Shown: piece by piece, positions 11,711 to 21,400 of the stretch
Position numbering within the stretch: the stretch's first letter is position 1
How the letters are laid out: every line of letters starts with the position of its first letter
Assembly: GCA_963732055.1 (NCBI GenBank)
Contig: CAVSYG010000001.1
Location: 73,756-137,755 of the forward strand
DNA length: 64,000 nt
Direction: 5' to 3'
Source of the DNA: an uncultured Bacteroidota bacterium
Lineage (GTDB): Bacteria; Bacteroidota; Bacteroidia; Chitinophagales; Chitinophagaceae
Position numbers and translations under genes: made by a program
Notes under the pieces: generated by a model
Seen by the model: the letters and a program-made list of their open reading frames with translations, nothing else
The model's database searches: none
What the model was told of the DNA's origin: nothing

Positions 11711-12800
11711 TTACAAACTTTTGATGGTTGTTTTTATCAGCTGTTTTTCTTTTTTTGGTTTCTCTTCACTTGCTGCATCAAAAGACACACTCAATGCTAA
11801 TTCACTTCGACCTTATGGAAGATATGGTCAAAATCCCCATGGAAATCTCGAATTGATCAGCTCTGCTGTGCACTTTGGTTTTCGCTTTACAGGCCCTTAC
11901 TGTAGCATATTTGCTTCCCTATCTGATCCGACAGCTCATAACTATTTACAGTATACCGTGGACGGTATTTATTACCGGCGAATAAAAGTTTCAGGTAATA
12001 TCAGCCATTCCTATAATATCGTCGGTCTCGGTAAGGGTGAACATACCATCTGGGTTTATAAGGCGACTGAAGCGACCACCGGTCCTATTTTCATACAGAA
12101 AATTGTAGGCCATGAAATTATTGCTCTGAAAGTTCCCAACAGACCTTTAATTGAATTCATCGGTAATAGTATAACCTGTGGCGCAGCGGCAGATCCATCA
12201 GAGATTCCCTGTGGTGCAGGTGAATATCATGATCAGCATAATGCCTATTATGCATACGGGCCAAGGGTAGCCAGAATGCTCAACATGAATTTTATTTTAA
12301 GCAGTGTGAGCGGAATCGGAATTTACAGAACCTGGAACACGGCAGGGCCGTCCATGCTACAGGTTTACGAAAAAACGGACTTCCTTTTGAATAGTACAAG
12401 AAGTTGGGATTTCAAAACGTATACGCCCCGTGTCGTGAGTATTGCCCTTGGTACGAATGATTTTAGTGACGGAGATGGTAGGACACCCAGATTGCCTTTC
12501 GACAGCGTTGTATTTATAAATAATTATATCCGGCTGATTGAGTTGGTTATGTCGAAATATCCAAGCGCCCAGCTGGCTCTGCTCAGCAGTCCAATGTTAA
12601 ATGGAAACAAACGAATGACACTGCAAAATTGTCTTATGATTGTGAAAGCCCGTATTGAAAAAAAATACCCGTCAAAAAAAAAGGTGGCTCTGTTTTTCTT
12701 CAAGCCGATGACTGCCCGGGGTTGTGGAGGTCATCCCAGTGTTGAGGACCACGAAATACTTGCAAAGGAACTTGCACCTTTTTTTAAAAAGTTGATATAG
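11700..12800 (+). CDS. SGNH/GDSL hydrolase, CE2 (acetylxylan esterase)-like, with signal peptide
   Basis: Block I IEFIGNSITCG, block III IALGTND and C-terminal GHPSVEDH, preceded by an N-terminal beta-domain as in CE2. ATG 11700 gives a plausible signal peptide. Confidence 0.8.
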   Translation: MKYSYKLLMVVFISCFSFFGFSSLAASKDTLNANSLRPYGRYGQNPHGNLELISSAVHFGFRFTGPYCSIFASLSDPTAHNYLQYTVDGIYYRRIKVSGNISHSYNIVGLGKGEHTIWVYKATEATTGPIFIQKIVGHEIIALKVPNRPLIEFIGNSITCGAAADPSEIPCGAGEYHDQHNAYYAYGPRVARMLNMNFILSSVSGIGIYRTWNTAGPSMLQVYEKTDFLLNSTRSWDFKTYTPRVVSIALGTNDFSDGDGRTPRLPFDSVVFINNYIRLIELVMSKYPSAQLALLSSPMLNGNKRMTLQNCLMIVKARIEKKYPSKKKVALFFFKPMTARGCGGHPSVEDHEILAKELAPFFKKLI

Positions 12801-12806
12801 TCCTTT

Positions 12807-13187
12807 TTATTTTTCTCTCTTTATTATATCTTTTGCCAGATTCTCTCTGACTTTCCATTTAACCATTGCAGTAATCAGTTTTACAGGAATGGGTTTGTCC
12901 AATCGGAATCTGACGGCTCCTTTGGAAGTTTCGTAAGATTTCAGTTTTTCCCTGAATGCGATAATCGGACTGGCAGTAGGATAGAAGCCATAGTGTTTTT
13001 TTGCTGCTGAAAAAAATGCCAGCATACCTTTTAATCTGTATGCCGGCATTTGGTAACTGATCATTTCTTCTGCTCCAGGTGCTGCTGTTTTTATGGTTTT
13101 TCTTAGTAAGTCTAATCCTGCTTTCACGGAAGGAGGGTGTAATGCTATGTATTCATCTACTGTCGTGAAAGGTCCCTTTTCTTTCAT
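12807..13187 (-). CDS. DUF1801/YdhG-like (iron chaperone-like) protein
   Basis: TVDEYI, EEMISYQMPAY, KKHYGFYP and SKGAVRFRLDKPIP are typical of DUF1801. Confidence 0.85.
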   Translation of the reverse strand: MKEKGPFTTVDEYIALHPPSVKAGLDLLRKTIKTAAPGAEEMISYQMPAYRLKGMLAFFSAAKKHYGFYPTASPIIAFREKLKSYETSKGAVRFRLDKPIPVKLITAMVKWKVRENLAKDIIKREK

Positions 13188-13254
13188 AAGAATAATAAAT
13201 TCTTCGGAGAAAATTCTTATAGCCGTTCTGGGTATTGTTCTTTTAAACGAATTG

Positions 13255-13293
13255 TAAAAAAAAGCCCTTTAAAATTCCGGATCTTAAAGGGCT
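13255..13293 (-). terminator. Intrinsic terminator downstream of the beta-barrel gene
   Basis: 10-bp stem AGCCCTTTAA (13263-72)/TTAAAGGGCT (13284-93). The plus-strand A-run at 13256-62 gives a U-tail on the minus strand. Confidence 0.6.
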
Positions 13294-13350
13294 CTTCCTA
13301 AAAGTAAAACTTATTTTTGAAAGACAGGATTTACGTGTCAAAAAGACGGT

Positions 13351-13956
13351 TTATTTATGTCCTCCGAAATCAAATACCAAACCACCGGTAAGTCCGAATT
13401 GAAGTATGGTCGCATACGTGTTATACACATACCCGTAATAGAATGCCGTTCCCGTTGCCTGAGAGCTGGACAACAGCTGTGCTCCGATTTTTAAACCAAC
13501 TGAACTGGACATTTGAAATTTTACACCGGCTTTAATATCCCAGGCAAACTTGGTCTCTGATGTCGATCCCTGATAGTCGCTTTTATAAAATGCCGCACCC
13601 AAACCGAGGCCACCATAAGGCTCAATCTTTGGGTTATTCGTATAATATTGTTCGAAATTCAATAAGAGGTATGAAATTATGGTATTAGAACTGAATGTTT
13701 GACTGGGGATATAAATAGTTGTGGGTGTTGCAGTGCTTTGATATTGATATAATATTTCCAAACCGGTACCCTGGGCATTCACACCCTCTATGGAAGCACC
13801 CCACATTCCGCCGGCATTGATATAAGTGTAGGCATTGCTAAAATTGATTTTATCCCGGAAAGTATACCCACCAAAGGCATTGACTGACAAATGCTGCGAA
13901 TATCCTGCAGCCATGATAAAGAACAGCACAACGGATAAGACGATAGTTTTTTTCAT
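13351..13956 (-). CDS. Small outer-membrane beta-barrel protein (OmpA-like/porin family)
   Basis: Signal peptide, alternating aromatic/glycine beta-strands (IEPYGGLGLGAAF, FAWDIKAGVKF) and a near-terminal Phe. Confidence 0.8.
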   Translation of the reverse strand: MKKTIVLSVVLFFIMAAGYSQHLSVNAFGGYTFRDKINFSNAYTYINAGGMWGASIEGVNAQGTGLEILYQYQSTATPTTIYIPSQTFSSNTIISYLLLNFEQYYTNNPKIEPYGGLGLGAAFYKSDYQGSTSETKFAWDIKAGVKFQMSSSVGLKIGAQLLSSSQATGTAFYYGYVYNTYATILQFGLTGGLVFDFGGHK

Positions 13957-14163
13957 AAATAGTTAATTAGTTATAAAATTCGGTGTTATAACTTAAGAAC
14001 GACTCATTTTAAATGGTTTTACTGTTAAACGGTAGTAAAAATAATACTATTTACTGAGAGCCGGTTTTTAAATGTTTGGCATCGCATTGAATGAGGAATA
14101 TAATTTAAGTCATGTTTTTTTGAAGTAATACATTACGCCATGTCGTTAGTGATTTGCAAATTT

Positions 14164-15114
14164 TCATTTCGCCGGTGTAATCAGAATATTCCGAAATTCT
14201 ACCGGACCATGATCACCCTGCATCATAATGGGACCTGGTTCACCTTCCCTGCTATCCAGTGCACCACCCGTAATGCCAGGAATTTCCTGATTGAATATGA
14301 CGGTTTTGCCATTCACAGCAAGGGTTACCAGTCTGCCCACGAGTGTAACATCATAACTTTGCCATTCACCAGCATCTTTGGCAAGCATTTCATGAGGAGC
14401 TATGAAACCATATATTGCTCCGAGATAATCCCTGGATGCTTCTTTTCCTTTGCTGTCAACAATCTGAATTTCATAACGCCCTCTTAAATAAACACCGCTA
14501 TTGCTGCCTGCGGGGTAGCGGAATTCTATATGTAATTTAAAATCTTTAAATAACTGGTCGCTGATGATATTCGATCCCGAAGCCGGACTTTTCATAATTC
14601 CATTTTCCACAATCCATTGATTAGTTCCATTTGCATGCCAGCCCTTCAGATCTGTGCCATCAAATAATTTGATTTGTTCTCCCCATGAGGGTTCATTTGT
14701 TCTCCACAAAGAAGGTGCCCGAGTACCGGATAAAGTAAATTTTTTACCATCCGGCATCGTGAGCCATCCCAATAGGCTGTCACCCTGAAATTGGGCTTCA
14801 AAAACCAGATCACTGGAAGCGGTATCCCATTGGGGCGGGATAGAAAAACTGACGGTTCCATTGATGAAATTAATTTTTGAGATAGGTCTGGCACTACCTC
14901 CCTGTCCAACATACTGGCCGACCAATGTACGCGTTCCGGAATGATGAATCTCCAGCCAGGCGGGATAAGTCTTTCCCGCATTATATAAAGTAAGATCATA
15001 CCGGCCTTCCAGCGGGGATTCGAAAAATTTTTCTTTCGAAATGGCGTATGCGTTTGAAATACAAAAAACAAAAAGTAAAAAATAAGCAAATCTGATTGCG
15101 GATATTTTTTTCAT
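14164..15114 (-). CDS. DUF1080 (3-keto-disaccharide hydrolase-like) domain protein with signal peptide
   Basis: LFDGTDLKGW, FKDFKLHIEF, NSGVYLRG, GEWQSYDV and GPIMMQGDHG.VEFRNI. Confidence 0.88.
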   Translation of the reverse strand: MKKISAIRFAYFLLFVFCISNAYAISKEKFFESPLEGRYDLTLYNAGKTYPAWLEIHHSGTRTLVGQYVGQGGSARPISKINFINGTVSFSIPPQWDTASSDLVFEAQFQGDSLLGWLTMPDGKKFTLSGTRAPSLWRTNEPSWGEQIKLFDGTDLKGWHANGTNQWIVENGIMKSPASGSNIISDQLFKDFKLHIEFRYPAGSNSGVYLRGRYEIQIVDSKGKEASRDYLGAIYGFIAPHEMLAKDAGEWQSYDVTLVGRLVTLAVNGKTVIFNQEIPGITGGALDSREGEPGPIMMQGDHGPVEFRNILITPAK

Positions 15115-15150
15115 ATGACTTTTATCTTGGTCCGATTAAGATATTGAAAA

Positions 15151-16245
15151 TTACTGAATCCTTTCCCACCATAAAGTAAATATCTGATGGGTATCAATGT
15201 CTACATATTCGCCAATCATCGGATGTAGCAAATACACGTTTTTTAAGTCAGCCTCTTTTTTTATCCGGATAATTGGTTCATCCCAGGCATGAAGGGATAA
15301 GGAAAATTTTGCCCAATGTACCGGCAGTAACTTTTTTGCGCCCAGGTCAATGGCAGCCTGCACCGTTTCCTCCGGCATCATGTGAATATATTTCCAATTC
15401 TTATTATATTGACCATCTTCCAATATCGCCAAATCGAACGGTCCGAATCGTTTCCCGATTTCAGCAAAATGGCTACCATATCCGGAGTCACCTCCGATAA
15501 ATATCTTTTTATCTCTTGTAGTTAAGATGAAGGAGGTCCACAGACTCCTGTTTCTCCGTAATCCGCGACCGGAAAAATGCCTGGCGGTAACGGCATTGAC
15601 TGAAAATCCTTCTTCCGGATTTATTTGATCGCCCCATTCCATTTCTTCAATATTGTTTTTATCAAAACCCCAAAACAACATATGGGCGGCAACTCCCAGT
15701 CCGGTGATTATTTTTTTTACTTTGTTCTTCAACTGCAAAATAGTCGGATAGTCCAGATGATCCCAATGGTCATGCGTTATAAATAAATAATCAATATCCG
15801 GCATATCAGATACATTATAAATATCCGAGCCGGTAAAACTCTTTGTTGTAAAACGCAGGGGAGATGCATTACCGCTAAAAACCGGATCGACAAGGATTCT
15901 CTTGCCATCAATCTGCATAAAATAGGATGAATGCCCGAACCAAACAAGTATGTTTTTATTTCGATCAAGTTGGAGCAGGTCTGTTTTTTGGGATGGAAGA
16001 GGAGCTGGTGGGGTATTCCGTTTGCTTTTATCAAAAAGAAATTCCTTCAACACATTGAAAAATCCGGCTCCTTCCGTTAGTGAAGGTGTGGGCGTCAGGT
16101 TTTGAATCTGTCCGCCCCGAAAATATGACAACCGCTGAAGTTTTTTTAAATCGGATAAAGATGGGAGTGAACCGAAAGGTGTCCCATTGATGAACAATAT
16201 AGCCGCTCCAGTAATGATCAAAATAACAATTCCGGTTACGAGCAT
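15151..16245 (-). CDS. MBL-fold metallo-hydrolase (RomA/NAPE-PLD-like), N-terminally anchored
   Basis: WFGHSS, ITHDHWDHLD (HxHxDH), ARHFSGR, GGDSGY, HMMPEE and PVHWAKF. Confidence 0.9.
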   Translation of the reverse strand: MLVTGIVILIITGAAILFINGTPFGSLPSLSDLKKLQRLSYFRGGQIQNLTPTPSLTEGAGFFNVLKEFLFDKSKRNTPPAPLPSQKTDLLQLDRNKNILVWFGHSSYFMQIDGKRILVDPVFSGNASPLRFTTKSFTGSDIYNVSDMPDIDYLFITHDHWDHLDYPTILQLKNKVKKIITGLGVAAHMLFWGFDKNNIEEMEWGDQINPEEGFSVNAVTARHFSGRGLRRNRSLWTSFILTTRDKKIFIGGDSGYGSHFAEIGKRFGPFDLAILEDGQYNKNWKYIHMMPEETVQAAIDLGAKKLLPVHWAKFSLSLHAWDEPIIRIKKEADLKNVYLLHPMIGEYVDIDTHQIFTLWWERIQ

Positions 16246-16508
16246 GTTTTTTTACAGATAAGCCGATCAAATTATAAAAATTTAAAGTACAATTTTCTAA
16301 CGAGCCGGGGTTTTGTTTTTAATTGCATTTTATAATCCTGTTCAGGATATTCGAAAATTCAAAACTTACTGATTTGACAATATGAATCCCGGTTTAATTC
16401 CTGATTTTGGGTGATTTTGGTTAATGTACACGGTCCGCTTACCTTAATAAAGAAGAAGTCTGATGAATTTTTGACTTGATTCATTTGTGTGAAGAGGAAT
16501 CTCATAAA

Positions 16509-17705
16509 ATGAATTATATTCATATTTCGGGTATTCCTTCACTACAATCCATTCATTTGAAGCAATTTTTAGTCATATGCATGCTCCTGGTTTGCTGTGA
16601 CCAGATCATTGCTCAAACTTCAACGGAATCAAAAAAGGACACGGTATCTAAAGAGCCTGCCAAGAAAGACAGTTCAGGTTTCGACCATTTTAATACAAAA
16701 GCGGAACGCCTTTTCAAAATTTTGCCGGTTCCGATTTACTCATATTCTCCTGAAGCGGGAAATATTTATGGCCTGGCAAAATTTAATGTGATCAACTTAT
16801 CGAAGAAAGATACGATATCAAAAGCTTCTAAGTTATCCGGTGTGTTTACAACGTCTACCCTCGGTCGGGTGAATGCTTCCATCGCCACAGAATTGGTTTT
16901 TGATGAAAATAAATATGTAATCATCGGCTATGTGAATTATAAAAAAACACCTGAATATATCTGGGATATCGGCAATACCATCACAGATGATCCGGATCAG
17001 GATATTGTAAACCGGTTTGTTTTCGCCGGAACAGCATTGCGTCTGGTTGCCAAAGATTTTTATGTTGGTGTGCCATTTGAAGTAGCCGATTATTTCGACA
17101 TCTCTGCGGATAGTAACAGTGTTCTGAAAAAAGATAGTGTCGCCGGATTGCAAGGGGGAACCAGCGTTGGTCTTGGTTTAGCGGCGGCATACGATACCCG
17201 GGATAATCGTTACAATCCCAGGCACGGCTCTTATATTCTTGGAACAGCTGCATTTTTTCCGGGCAGCTGGGGGCCATATGCTTTTTCCAAATTTGGCCTT
17301 GACGCGAGAAAGTATCTTCCGTGGGGAAAAAAAAATGTTTTAGCAGGACAGATTACCACGGAATATGCAAATGGGGATGTTCCGTTTTATGAGCTTTCCA
17401 AATTAGGCGGCGATAACCAGATGCGCGGTTATTATGAGGGCGGCTTGCGCGATAATGTGCTGGTTGACGCCCAGGTAGAGCTTCGATTACATATCTGGAA
17501 TATTTTTGGTATCGTCGGGTGGTTCGGTGTCGGTCAGGTACAAAGCTCATATAATCAGGTTGCTCTGGATCAGTTTCATTTGTCATACGGACCAGGACTT
17601 CGTATCAGGGTTGATACAAAACATGATACAAACCTCCGCTTTGATTTTGGATTTGGTCCAGGCGGCATACAAGGTTTCTACGTTAATTTCGGCGAAGCAT
17701 TTTAA
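16509..17705 (+). CDS. Omp85 (BamA/TamA superfamily) beta-barrel lacking POTRA domains
   Basis: YDTRDNRYNP, loop-6 MRGY (VRGF/Y-like), NLRFDFG and the C-terminal FYVNFGEAF. At about 400 aa it has no room for POTRAs. Start is uncertain (16476, 16509 or 16581). Confidence 0.85.
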   Translation: MNYIHISGIPSLQSIHLKQFLVICMLLVCCDQIIAQTSTESKKDTVSKEPAKKDSSGFDHFNTKAERLFKILPVPIYSYSPEAGNIYGLAKFNVINLSKKDTISKASKLSGVFTTSTLGRVNASIATELVFDENKYVIIGYVNYKKTPEYIWDIGNTITDDPDQDIVNRFVFAGTALRLVAKDFYVGVPFEVADYFDISADSNSVLKKDSVAGLQGGTSVGLGLAAAYDTRDNRYNPRHGSYILGTAAFFPGSWGPYAFSKFGLDARKYLPWGKKNVLAGQITTEYANGDVPFYELSKLGGDNQMRGYYEGGLRDNVLVDAQVELRLHIWNIFGIVGWFGVGQVQSSYNQVALDQFHLSYGPGLRIRVDTKHDTNLRFDFGFGPGGIQGFYVNFGEAF

Positions 17706-17808
17706 ATGGTTAAAAACCTGCTGAAACCTCTTCAATACACGGGTTAATTGAATAAGGCCGCCATTTTTAATTAACTTCCACACAAAATTTATAAGACAAA
17801 TTATTTTA

Positions 17809-18165
17809 ATGAAGTACCTGGGTGTCATATGTGTGTTTGTAAGTTTTTTTATTATTATACAATGCACCTCCAAGAAAAAAGTAGAGTACGACATACCTTC
17901 TCACTACGGAAAAGAGGCCAGGGAAAATGCGATTGACTGGTTTGAAAAGGGGAAAATACTATACAAAATAGATTGTGCAGGTTGCCATGGAATCTATAAA
18001 AAGGGGAAGGATAGTGTACCTAATTTCACCAAAACACAAATTGACAACTATAACGCGATGTATATCAAGGGAGATCCTAAGAATCATTCAGTTGCGTCCA
18101 AGCTAAGCCCTGATCAATTGTATTACATACTTACTTTCTTAAGACTCCGGAAAATAGATAAGTAA
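17809..18165 (+). CDS. Small c-type cytochrome-like protein, probable lipoprotein
   Basis: Single CxxCH (CAGCH) after G..LY, an N-terminal hydrophobic stretch ending IIQC, and a C-terminal LSPDQLYYILTFL helix typical of class I cytochrome c. Confidence 0.65.
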   Translation: MKYLGVICVFVSFFIIIQCTSKKKVEYDIPSHYGKEARENAIDWFEKGKILYKIDCAGCHGIYKKGKDSVPNFTKTQIDNYNAMYIKGDPKNHSVASKLSPDQLYYILTFLRLRKIDK

Positions 18166-18472
18166 AGTGCTCGTGGGAAACTGGTTTACCATTATCTTCG
18201 GAACCAGGAAATGGCCCTGGTTTTGGGGCCCCATAAACTTTTTTTTGAAAAACCCGAATACTTTACGCCAGCTACCAATAAATAGTCTTTAATTTGTGTA
18301 TTGATATTGGATCACATCTAAATATCACCCATTCCTCCTTTGACTCCGATTGCGAGTTTTTAGAATCCTGCCATCCTCCCATTAATCCAGATCCTCCCGG
18401 AACTCCAGGCGACCTCCAATAACTAAAAATTTATTGTAATTGGTATAGATTAATAACCTTATCCGTATTTGT

Positions 18473-21400
18473 ATGTTTAAGACCCTAACTCATAATTCCC
18501 GGTTTGAATTCAGGAATTATTTCCTATTACCCCTGCTTTTAGTTTTTGCATTCAATTTTGCCTACACTCAGAATGCAATTGTCACTGAAAATTTAAATGC
18601 TGGTGTTCCCGCATCCCAGTGGGATATTCCTTTAAATAGTAATGGCACATTTGGAGACAAAACCATACAGGGTTTCGGCACCGATATCAGTGTAAACGTT
18701 GGCGGTACTATCAATTTTAAGATAACGGTTACGTCAGGAACGGATAAGTCATTCGGAATTAAAATTTACCGTATTGGATATTATCAGGGAAACGGAGCCC
18801 GCCTGATAGCAGATCTTGGTACTGCTTTTACCGGAATCACACAAAATGCCTGTTCGTTTGACAATACAACCGGGCTCACAGATTGCGGTAACTGGACGAC
18901 CAGCGCAAGCTGGACTGTCCCGTCTACAGCTGTTTCGGGACTGTATGTTGCCAAATTAACCCGGTCAGCTGCCGGTGGTGGTGGTTCCAGTCATATTGCT
19001 TTTATTGTTCGAAATGACGCCAGTACTTCCCAACTCTTATTTAAGACATCCGATGCCACCTGGCAGGCTTATAATCCTTATGGTGGATACAGTCTGTATG
19101 TCGGTGCCGGTATGCCATTCAATCATGGCGATAAAGTGAGTTATAACCGGCCGTATCTGACAAGAGACGGCGGGGGAGGCGGAGGAGCATCCGAGGATTT
19201 CTTTATGAATGCGGAATATCCCATGATCCGTTTCCTTGAAAGAAACGGCTTTGATATCAGTTATACAACTGACGTAGACATGGCGCGTAGCACAACTAAC
19301 CCTGTCACAAACCATAAAGTTTTTCTTTCTGTCGGTCATGATGAATATTGGTCGAAGGAAGAAAGAAATACAGTTGAAGCGGCACGTACGGCAGGAAAAA
19401 ACATGGCTTTTTTTAGCGGAAATGAAGTTTACTGGAAAACCAGATGGGAAAATAGTGTGGATGGCACAAGTACTCCTTTTCGCACAATGGTTTGTTATAA
19501 GGAAGGCACACTACCTACACCCGGAGAAAATGCATGCGGCGGGAAATGTGATCCCAGCACTGAATGGACAGGATTGTGGCGTGACGGATGCAGCTTTCCG
19601 AATGATAATGCCTGCAAACCTGAAAACGCTCTCAGCGGAGAGATCAGCTGGGATGGGACCACAAGTGCCATCATGGTACCTGATACTTACAAAAACTTAA
19701 GATTTTGGCGGAATACCTCGGTAGCTACATTGGGAGCTGGCCAAACTGCTACTATGACTCCAGGAACTCTGGGTTACGAGTGGGATTGGGAACAATATCA
19801 GAGTAGTTATCCACCCGGTCGCATTACGATGTCAAACACATCTTTTGATGGACATGTCCATAAATTATCGTTTTATAAGTCCTCTGCGGGTGGATTTGTC
19901 TTTGGTGCCGGATCAGTACAATGGTCATGGGGTCTTGATGCCAATCATGACAGTAATGAACAGGGAGGTGGTGGTGCCGCTACTGTGGCCATGCAACAGG
20001 CAACGATCAATTTGTTTGCCGATATGGGTGTACAGCCAGCCAGTATTCAAACAGGTCTTACTGCTGCTACCGCAACTACCGATGTTACTCCCCCGGTAAC
20101 CAAATTTACTTCACCGGCCACTGGATCAACCTTTACTTCATTATCACCTATCAGTTTTTCAGGAACTGCCACTGATGTCGGTGGAGTCGTTGCCGGCGTC
20201 GAAATCTCATTTGATGGAGGTGCGACCTGGGCAGCTGCAACAGGAACAACCAGTTGGACTTATTCCTGGACTCCTATCGGGAATGGAACATTTACAGTGA
20301 TTGTTCGCGGCATTGATGATTCCGGTAATTACACTGCAACAGCGTCTTCTCCTTCCATCACCATTACAATGAACGCTACTGCTCAAAATTGCCCATGTAC
20401 AATTTTTGGAACGACTGTCCCGACTGTGACGGTGACAAATGATAATGCGGGCGGAATTGTGGTTGGTACGAAATTCCGTTCAGCATTGAACGGAACTGTT
20501 ACGGGTATCCGCTTTTACAAGGCTTCGGGTAATAGTGGCACCCATCAGGGCCTGTTGTATAGCAATACAGGAACATTATTAGCCCAGGCAACATTTACCG
20601 GCGAAACGGCCACAGGATGGCAACAGGTAAGTTTTAGTAATCCGGTTACTATAACTGCAGGTACAACTTATGTTGCTTCCTATTTCAGCAGCAGTGGCAA
20701 TTATAGTTCGACAAACAATTATTTTTCACAAGCAATCGTAAATAGTCCTTTGACAGGTCTGGCAGACGGTACAGACGGAACAAATGGTGTTTATATATAT
20801 GCCTCTGCACCAGCCTTTCCTATTAATTCCTATCAAAAAGGAAATTACTGGGTGGATGCTGTATTTACCAATACGAACACCATTACGGCGAACGCTGGAA
20901 CTAACCAAACGATCACTTTGCCTCTGTCAACCATAACGCTCAATGGCAGTGCTTCTACTGGCGCAATCACCAGCTATGCGTGGACTGTTGTTTCCGGACC
21001 CAACACACCAACTATCACAACTTCAACCGCAGTTACGACAACCGTGACCGGATTGATCCAGGGAACTTATGTGTTCCAACTTTCAGTAAATGGTGGAGCA
21101 AGCACAGCACAGGTTACCATACTTGTAAATCCTCTTCCTCCACCCATGGCAAATGCAGGTCCCAAACAAACCATTACTTTACCCACTTCAACTGTAACTC
21201 TCAATGGCAGTGGTTCAGCGGGCACAATTACCAGTTATTCATGGAGTTTAATTTCGGGTCCTAATACACCTACCATTGCAACCCCCACAACAGTAAAGAC
21301 GACTGTTACAGGTCTGATTCAGGGCACATATATTTTTCAGCTTGCTCTGAATGGAACAGTCAGTACAGCAAGAGATACTGTAATCGTAAATGCCGCTGCC

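Noticed and set aside
15151-16245. Metallo-beta-lactamase resistance gene
   Set aside because: Motif spacing and the N-terminal anchor match the RomA/NAPE-PLD-like branch, not class B beta-lactamases.
18205-18248. Terminator after the cytochrome gene
   Set aside because: The stem (GGCCC/GGGCC) is short and separated from the T-run by about 10 nt; not supportable.
18570-20060. Bona fide DMF-degradation gene
   Set aside because: No small DMFase subunit or methylamine/formate catabolic genes nearby, and the domain is fused into T9SS cargo.
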